Origin: a bacterium
GTDB lineage: Bacteria; RBG-13-61-14; DATKZS01
DNA length: 64,000 nt
NCBI GenBank assembly: GCA_963674965.2
Contig: CAXXFL010000001.1
Coordinates: 480,001-544,000, forward strand
Direction: 5' to 3'
How positions within the stretch are numbered: the first letter of the stretch is position 1; the number at the start of each line of letters is the position of its first letter. A program made the translations under genes and the position numbers. Under the pieces are notes generated by a model. That model had not been told where the DNA came from. It saw only the letters and a program-made list of their open reading frames with translations, and ran no database searches. Positions 57,934-64,000 of the stretch are shown one piece after another.

Positions 57934-59664
57934 TCACGCGATCAGGGCGGCCAGGCCGGCGATCAAAAAGGTCGCGTCGATCAGGGCCTCGGCCCCGAAC
58001 CCCTGCACCAGGGTCCGGCGGGTGAAAACGGGCACGCACGCGGCGGAGTAAAGGAGAGGAAAGAGCATGTAATACCCGAGCGGTGCATGGACCCATCCCA
58101 GGAACGTGGCCCCCGCGATCAGGATCGACGTCAGCGCCAGCGCCCCGATCAGGACCTCCCTGGTGCGGGTCACGCCCAGGACGATGGGAAGGGTTTCCCT
58201 CCCGATCATGCGGTCCGCCTGGATGTCCCGAAAGTCGCGAAGGAGAGCCCGAGCGAAGGCCAGCCCGCCGACCATGATAAGGGAAGCCAGGGCCGCGAAA
58301 AAATCGATATAGGCGAAGCCCACCTTGAAAAGGGGCAGAACCACTATAAGGGCCGACCAGCCAAAGGCCATGAAGATGTCCTTGCTGCCCGGAACGTCGG
58401 CCAGTCTACGGATGGGAACGCTTCCCGCGTCCTTTTTCGTCAGCTTCACCGGATATAGAAAACTCACGACGGCCAGGGCCACGAGAAACGCTCCTCCTCC
58501 CCGGCTTATGAAGAAGGAGATGAAGATGGCCAAAGCGGCGGCCGCCGCGCCGGCGCCCACCCACTTGTTCTTGTGCCTGGTGAAGCTCCTCGCCCGGGCC
58601 GGCACGTTGAAGGCCAGGGCCCTCGAGTCGGACATGAGGGTCATGGTATGGACGGCGAAGATAAAAAGCGCGCTGACCAGGGACTGGGCCATGGAGAAGT
58701 CCATGCCTTGCAGTTTCATGGACGCGTAGGTCAGGGCGGCTCCCCCGATGGCCACGTAAACGTTTCCCAGTATGGCCAGGCTTAAAAACCCGATCAGCCG
58801 ATGGAGGGGATCGCGGGAGGCCCCGATTTCATGGAGCCGGTCGTGTACCCTTCTTATCATCCAGTTGGGGGTGGACGCCCCGGCCGTGAGTCCGACCACC
58901 CTGTAGCGGGACATTTCCTCCGGGTCCAGTTCTTCCTCCGTCTCGACCTTGTAGGCCTTGATCCCCTCCTCCTGGGCCACCTCGGCCAGGCGGCCCGTGT
59001 TGGCGCTGGCCTTGCCCCCCACCACCACCATGGCCTCGACCTCCCGGGCCAGCCGCCGGACCTCGTCCTGGCGGTTGCGGGTCGAGTCGCAGATCGTGTC
59101 CGCCACGATCAGGTTTCCTTCCCCGAGGCCCGAGTACCTTTCCCGGATGGCCCGGGCCACGGCCTCGAAGCGCTCCCGCTCCTGGGTGGTCTGAGACACG
59201 AGGCAGACCTTTTCCGCGGCCGGAAGGTCGGCCACGTCATCCGGTCCCTGGACCAGCACGGCCTTGTCCCCCGAGTAGCCCAGGATGCCCTCGACCTCGG
59301 CGTGGCCCGGGTCCCCCAGCAGCACCACCAGGAAACCCTCGCCCGCCCGGCGCTTGGCAATGCCCTGCACCCGGGTCACGTTGGGACAGGTGGCGTTGAC
59401 GATGGGAAGGCCAAGCTCCCGCGCCTTCTTCTTTATCTCGGGACGGACCCCATGGGACCGGATAACCACGGCCCCATGGTCGGGCATGTCCCTGGCAACC
59501 TCGACGCCTCGCTCGCGGAACATGCTTATCACCTGCGGGTTATGGATCAGCGGTCCCAAGGTGTAGATGGGAGGAGGATACTCGCGGGAGGCGTCGACCG
59601 TGATCGCCACCGCCCGGCGAACGCCCATGCAAAAACCCGAGGTGTTGGCTACCTTTACTCTCAT
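57934..59664 (-). CDS. ispH: 4-hydroxy-3-methylbut-2-enyl diphosphate reductase fused to UbiA-like prenyltransferase domain
   Basis: GFCMGVRRA, IHNPQV, ATCP, HAEV, TIC, SANT, TAGASTP; C-terminal multi-TM domain with DFRDIQADRMIGRETLP. Confidence 0.93.
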   Translation of the reverse strand: MRVKVANTSGFCMGVRRAVAITVDASREYPPPIYTLGPLIHNPQVISMFRERGVEVARDMPDHGAVVIRSHGVRPEIKKKARELGLPIVNATCPNVTRVQGIAKRRAGEGFLVVLLGDPGHAEVEGILGYSGDKAVLVQGPDDVADLPAAEKVCLVSQTTQERERFEAVARAIRERYSGLGEGNLIVADTICDSTRNRQDEVRRLAREVEAMVVVGGKASANTGRLAEVAQEEGIKAYKVETEEELDPEEMSRYRVVGLTAGASTPNWMIRRVHDRLHEIGASRDPLHRLIGFLSLAILGNVYVAIGGAALTYASMKLQGMDFSMAQSLVSALFIFAVHTMTLMSDSRALAFNVPARARSFTRHKNKWVGAGAAAAALAIFISFFISRGGGAFLVALAVVSFLYPVKLTKKDAGSVPIRRLADVPGSKDIFMAFGWSALIVVLPLFKVGFAYIDFFAALASLIMVGGLAFARALLRDFRDIQADRMIGRETLPIVLGVTRTREVLIGALALTSILIAGATFLGWVHAPLGYYMLFPLLYSAACVPVFTRRTLVQGFGAEALIDATFLIAGLAALIA

Positions 59665-59846
59665 ATAGTCTCCCTTTCTTAAATTACGCCCCCTTACCCC
59701 CGATGGCAAGACGCGGGTGGAACGACTTCGACGAATGAATTGTCAGCTATAAGAAGATTGGCCTCGGGCGGCCTCTCGGAAGAATCCGGCCGCCGGAAAA
59801 ATAATCGGTTGAATCGGGGAGATTAGGGAGTAAAATTATAAATACC

Positions 59847-61244
59847 ATGGATACAATTCTGAAAATACTGGACACTGGCTTCTTTACCGTCGTTCCCTTC
59901 GTGCTGGTCCTCGGTTTCATGATCTTCGTGCACGAGCTGGGCCACTTCCTGGCCGGGCGCATTATCGGGGTGAGGATACTGACCTTCAAGCTCGGTTTCG
60001 GCCACTCGATCGTCAGCCATAAGCGGGGCCACACCGAGTACGCCATTGGCTGGATTCCCATCGGCGGTTACGTTCGCATGTTCGGCGACCCCACCGAGGT
60101 GGAGGAAGAGGAGGAGGTGGCCCTCGAGGACATCCCCGAGGAGGACAAAAAGGAAGCCCTTTTCTTCAGGCCCGCTCACCAGAAGATTTTCACCTTCGTG
60201 GCCGGCCCGGCCATGAACGTTATCGTCGCCTTCCTTCTGGCCCCCCTCGTCTACCTTATCGGTTACAACCGGCAGGTCGAGCCGGCCCCTCCCATACCCG
60301 CGGGCGTGATCGAGAAAGACTCTCCGGCTGACAAGGCCGGCGTCAAGATGCTGGATAAAATCCTCACCGTGGACGGGCGCAAGATCGAAAGCTACCACGA
60401 CCTGCAGATGATCGAAGCCCTGAACCCCGAGAAGACCCTCGATTACGAAGTCTCGCGGGACGGTGAGAAAATGTCCTTCCAGATCAAGCTCCGCACCAGG
60501 AAGGAACCGCCCGTCGGCGAGTCCGGTATCGGTCCTCCCCCGACGCCGGCTATAGTCGGAGGCATAGCTCCCGACTGGCCCGCCGCGGCCTCGGGCCTGA
60601 CCGTCGGCGACAGGATCGTCGCCATCAATGGAAACAAGGTGACGGTCTGGGAGGAAATGACCCAGCTCATCAACGACTCGGAGGGAAACACCATCGACTT
60701 CGGGGTCATAAGGGGAGACAAGGAAATAAGCCTGGCCTTAAAGCCCAGGTATAACGAGGATCACGATAAGTACCAGATAGGCATCGCCGCCAAGGTCGAG
60801 ACGGAGTTCGTGCGGGAGTCCCTGGGCGCGGCCATCGTGAAGGGCGCGGAGGACTGCGTCAGATACGTCAAGATGACCTATCAGGTCTTTTACAAACTCA
60901 TCACCTTTCAATTGTCGGGAAGGGCCGTTTCCGGTCCTCTCGGCATCGCGGCCATTACCAGCAGCGCCGCCCGGTCCGGGATCGTCGCCCTGATTCAGTT
61001 GACCGTGCTTATAAGCATAAACCTCGGCATCCTTAACCTCCTGCCCTTTCCTCCCTTGGACGGCGGCCACATACTGGTCACCGGCGTCGAGAGCGTCATC
61101 AGGCGGGAGATGAACGTCAAGTATAAGGAAGCCATGTTCAAGGCCGGTTTTTTCCTTTTGATTTTTCTTATGATCGCCGTCACGGCCAGCGACTTCTGGC
61201 GTTACAAGGGCAAGATGTACACTTTCTTCATGGACCTTTTCTAA
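59847..61244 (+). CDS. rseP: RIP metalloprotease RseP
   Basis: HELGH, IPIGGYVRM, AGPAMN, two PDZ domains, NLLPFPPLDGGH. Confidence 0.95.
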   Translation: MDTILKILDTGFFTVVPFVLVLGFMIFVHELGHFLAGRIIGVRILTFKLGFGHSIVSHKRGHTEYAIGWIPIGGYVRMFGDPTEVEEEEEVALEDIPEEDKKEALFFRPAHQKIFTFVAGPAMNVIVAFLLAPLVYLIGYNRQVEPAPPIPAGVIEKDSPADKAGVKMLDKILTVDGRKIESYHDLQMIEALNPEKTLDYEVSRDGEKMSFQIKLRTRKEPPVGESGIGPPPTPAIVGGIAPDWPAAASGLTVGDRIVAINGNKVTVWEEMTQLINDSEGNTIDFGVIRGDKEISLALKPRYNEDHDKYQIGIAAKVETEFVRESLGAAIVKGAEDCVRYVKMTYQVFYKLITFQLSGRAVSGPLGIAAITSSAARSGIVALIQLTVLISINLGILNLLPFPPLDGGHILVTGVESVIRREMNVKYKEAMFKAGFFLLIFLMIAVTASDFWRYKGKMYTFFMDLF

Positions 61245-61281
61245 GCCGCTTCGCGGCCTTCTTAGCCTTGTTAATAGAATT

Positions 61282-61983
61282 ATGAGGACACTCGCCATAG
61301 ATACGTCCACCGAGGCCGCGTCCATCGCCGTCGTTATCGGAGATGGGCCTCCAGCCGAGGTGTCCTTTCCGGGCGGAAAGAAAAGGGGAGAAAAGCTCGT
61401 GCCCGCCGTACAGGCCACGCTCGAGGGACTCGGGCTTGCGCCCCGGGACCTCGAGGCCTACGTGATCGGACTCGGGCCGGGGTCTTTCACCGGACTTCGC
61501 GCCGGTCTTTCCTTTATCAAGGGCCTCCACCTGGCCAACCCCAGGCCCGCGGTGGGAGTTTCTTCCCTCCAGGCCCTGGCCTGCAACGCCCGTTCCTGGA
61601 GGGGCCGGATCGTGGCCGCCGTGGACGCGAAAAAGGACCAGGTCTTCGCGGCGGCCTTCAATTGCGACGGCTGCTCGGCCCCCGCTCGGGTCACCGAGGA
61701 CGAGGCCCTGGGTCCCCTCGAGCTGGTCGAGCTCGCGAGAGGAAACACCCTGGTGGTGGGCGATGGCCTGAAGAAATACGGCGAGATGATAAGGGACGCC
61801 CTTGGCGGATCGGCCTTTATCGCTCCCGAGCCCCTTTGGTATCCGCGCGCCGCCTGGCTGGCCGAGCTGGCCAAGCCCCGCCTGTTAAACGGAGAATCGG
61901 ACGACGTCGAGTCCATGGTCCCCTTTTACGTCCGTCATTCGGACGCGGAGTTGAAGCTGGGAAAGCGAGTGGATTTTTCCTGA
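61282..61983 (+). CDS. tsaB: tRNA threonylcarbamoyladenosine protein TsaB
   Basis: LAIDTST, GPGSFTGLR, VSSLQALA, DAKK, PFYVR. Confidence 0.94.
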   Translation: MRTLAIDTSTEAASIAVVIGDGPPAEVSFPGGKKRGEKLVPAVQATLEGLGLAPRDLEAYVIGLGPGSFTGLRAGLSFIKGLHLANPRPAVGVSSLQALACNARSWRGRIVAAVDAKKDQVFAAAFNCDGCSAPARVTEDEALGPLELVELARGNTLVVGDGLKKYGEMIRDALGGSAFIAPEPLWYPRAAWLAELAKPRLLNGESDDVESMVPFYVRHSDAELKLGKRVDFS

Positions 61984-62117
61984 ACTTTTTCGCGCCGCGC
62001 CTTTTGCCCAACTCATCCATATCCCTCCCTTTGGCTTTCGACGGTCGGAAACGCCCGTTACTCCTTTCTCCATAATTTTTCTCTTAAAGGCCGTAAACTC
62101 CATTTTCAAAAAAAGCG

Positions 62118-62146
62118 TTGACATGCATATCCTCATAGATTATTCT
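62118..62146 (+). promoter_or_regulatory. putative sigma70 promoter of cyclase gene
   Basis: TTGACA-N17-TATTCT. Confidence 0.65.
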
Positions 62147-62182
62147 TAACTTGTCGATACTTATGATTGGCGGGATGACCAA

Positions 62183-64000
62183 ATGGCAAGAATATTATTG
62201 ACCAACGCGCCGGACCATCCGGCGTACGAATTGTCGGGAGACGTCTTTTCCATCGGCCGGCTGCCGGACAACAACCTCCCTCTGGCCGACGCCCTTGTTT
62301 CCAGGAGGCACGCCGAGATAAGGAAGGAAGGCGACAAGTATCGCGTAGTCGACCTCGAGAGCCTGAACGGCGTCTACGTGAACAACCTGAAAATCAAGGA
62401 CGAATATCTCACCCATGGCGACGTTCTTCACATCGGCGAGAGCAAGATGCTCTTCGAGGACTCTCCCTCCATCGAGGCCCCGCCTCCCATCACGGAAAGC
62501 GTGAACCCGCCGCCCCTGCCGGGATTGGCCCCGGGTCCGGCGGCGAAAAAGGAAGGTCCCGTCGATTCCTCCCTCGAGCCCGCCGCGGGATGGCTGGGAT
62601 ACGAGCCGGACGCTCCCGCTCCCGCCCCGCCGAGCCGGGGCCAGGCCGAGGCGGCCGGACCCGGGCCCATCAACCAGATGAAAATGCCCGCTCCGGACGT
62701 GGCGCCTCCCCCCGAGCCGGGACCCTCCGTTTCGGGGCCGTCTTTTCCGCCGAGCAACGCGGCCCGGGCGCCGGGCCTCGCGGGTCCGGAGATAATCAAG
62801 CCCCTTAACCAGGACAACCCCAACTTCGAGCTCGAGGCCATATCATTGGAGGAAGCCCTTAAACCTATCCGGGACGAAAGCCAGGTGCCCTACCGCAACG
62901 AGCCGGTGCGGGCGCGGAACTTCTTCATCCTCTACCAGGTGGCGCGGGCGCTGAACTCGACCAACTCCTTGAACGAGCTTCTCGATCAGACCATGACCCT
63001 GGTGTTCCAGGTGATCAACGCCGAAAGAGGGGTCATTTTCCTCTATAATGAAAAGGGCGAGATCACGCCCATGATCGCCCGCAACCGGGAGGGCGGCGAA
63101 CTGCCCGAGCTCAACGTCAGCAAGGGCATAACGCTTCGGGCCATCCAGGAAAAGGTCTCGATCATCACCTCGGACGCCCGTTACGATCCCCGCTTCCAGG
63201 CCGGGGCCTCGATAGTGACCTATAACATCCGCTCGGCCATCTGCGTTCCCCTTTGGGAGCACGGCCGCATAAGGGGGGCCGTCTACCTGGACAACCTGAT
63301 GGAGACCTACGCCTTCGGGGAGGACGACCTCGACCTTCTGACCGCCATCGCCAACCAGGTGGCCATCGCCATCAGGCAGGAGGAAATGCAGTCGAAGATG
63401 CGGGAGAACGCCGTGTTCCGGGCCAACCTCGAGCGCTTCCACAGCCCGGACCTGGTCAACCACATCATGCAGCAGTCCAGGCTGGACGACGGTTTCAGGC
63501 AGTCCCTCGAGGTCAAGGAGGTGACCGTGCTCTTCTCGGACATCGTCTCCTTTACGCCCATGCTCGAGAGACTCGACGCGCACGAGGCGGCGGACCTGCT
63601 TAAGAGCTACTTCGACAAGATGACCGAGATCATCTTCCGCTACAAGGGAACGGTGGACAAGTTCATCGGAGACGCCATCATGGCCATCTTCGGCGCGCCC
63701 GTGGCCCACGGCAACGACGCCGAGCAGGCCGTGCTCTCGGCCATCGAGATGATGCGCGAGCTCGAGCGCTTCAAGACGTCATGGTCCGAGGAGAAAAGGT
63801 TCGACGTCAGGATCGGCATCAACACCGGCAAGGTGGTGACCGGCTACCTGGGCAGCAAGCACAGGGTCGAGTACACCGTGCTGGGAGACCCGGTCAACGT
63901 GGCCTCCCGCCTCCAGTCCTTCGCCGACCCCGGCACCATACTGGTGGGACAAGCCACCTATGAAAAGGCCCGGGAGTCATTCAAGTTCAGGGACAGGGGA
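62183..64000 (+). CDS. FHA-GAF-class III adenylate cyclase (3' end outside window; absent from ORF track)
   Basis: Translated from ATG 62183: IGRLPDN..VSRRHA..DLESLNGVYVN (FHA), Pro-rich linker, IRSAICVPL (GAF), VLFSDIVSFT, DKFIGDAIMA, RIGINTG, EYTVLGDPVNVASRL. Confidence 0.92.
   Translation, partial: MARILLTNAPDHPAYELSGDVFSIGRLPDNNLPLADALVSRRHAEIRKEGDKYRVVDLESLNGVYVNNLKIKDEYLTHGDVLHIGESKMLFEDSPSIEAPPPITESVNPPPLPGLAPGPAAKKEGPVDSSLEPAAGWLGYEPDAPAPAPPSRGQAEAAGPGPINQMKMPAPDVAPPPEPGPSVSGPSFPPSNAARAPGLAGPEIIKPLNQDNPNFELEAISLEEALKPIRDESQVPYRNEPVRARNFFILYQVARALNSTNSLNELLDQTMTLVFQVINAERGVIFLYNEKGEITPMIARNREGGELPELNVSKGITLRAIQEKVSIITSDARYDPRFQAGASIVTYNIRSAICVPLWEHGRIRGAVYLDNLMETYAFGEDDLDLLTAIANQVAIAIRQEEMQSKMRENAVFRANLERFHSPDLVNHIMQQSRLDDGFRQSLEVKEVTVLFSDIVSFTPMLERLDAHEAADLLKSYFDKMTEIIFRYKGTVDKFIGDAIMAIFGAPVAHGNDAEQAVLSAIEMMRELERFKTSWSEEKRFDVRIGINTGKVVTGYLGSKHRVEYTVLGDPVNVASRLQSFADPGTILVGQATYEKARESFKFRDRG

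Noticed and set aside
1-64000. CRISPR arrays, tRNA, rRNA, selenocysteine read-through
   Set aside because: No regularly spaced repeats, cloverleafs or in-frame TGA at catalytic positions noticed by eye; a tRNAscan/Infernal run would be needed to exclude them.

Overview
GC-rich bacterial chromosome segment. Gene content and order (site-2 protease-trpS-scpA-scpB, split atpZ-I-B-E operon, IspH-UbiA fusion, many REC/histidine kinase genes) suggest an anaerobic deltaproteobacterium-like lineage; this is inference only. About 55 CDS: housekeeping genes (acpP, trpS, scpAB, rho, gltX, ccsA, atp F0 genes, ispH, rseP, tsaB), a five-gene two-component cluster, an arsR-permease-thioredoxin operon, acyl-CoA metabolism genes, and an FHA-GAF-adenylate cyclase running off the right end. 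No rRNA, tRNA or CRISPR array was recognised. Highlights: (1) a Wsp/Frz-like chemosensory operon whose single MCP has a CHASE8 (YfiN-like) periplasmic domain and is followed by a YfiR-family protein, a TonB-dependent receptor and a stand-alone receiver, a candidate outer-membrane-to-chemosensory signalling system; (2) a 186-bp MITE-like element with an internal REP-like doublet in two direct copies, one interrupted by an intact IS481, bracketing a lidless Hsp70 and a B12 radical SAM gene; (3) a cassette flanked by a perfect 30-bp duplication (850 bp apart) of the 3' end of the DUF3160 gene. All domain calls come from motif reading by eye, not database searches.
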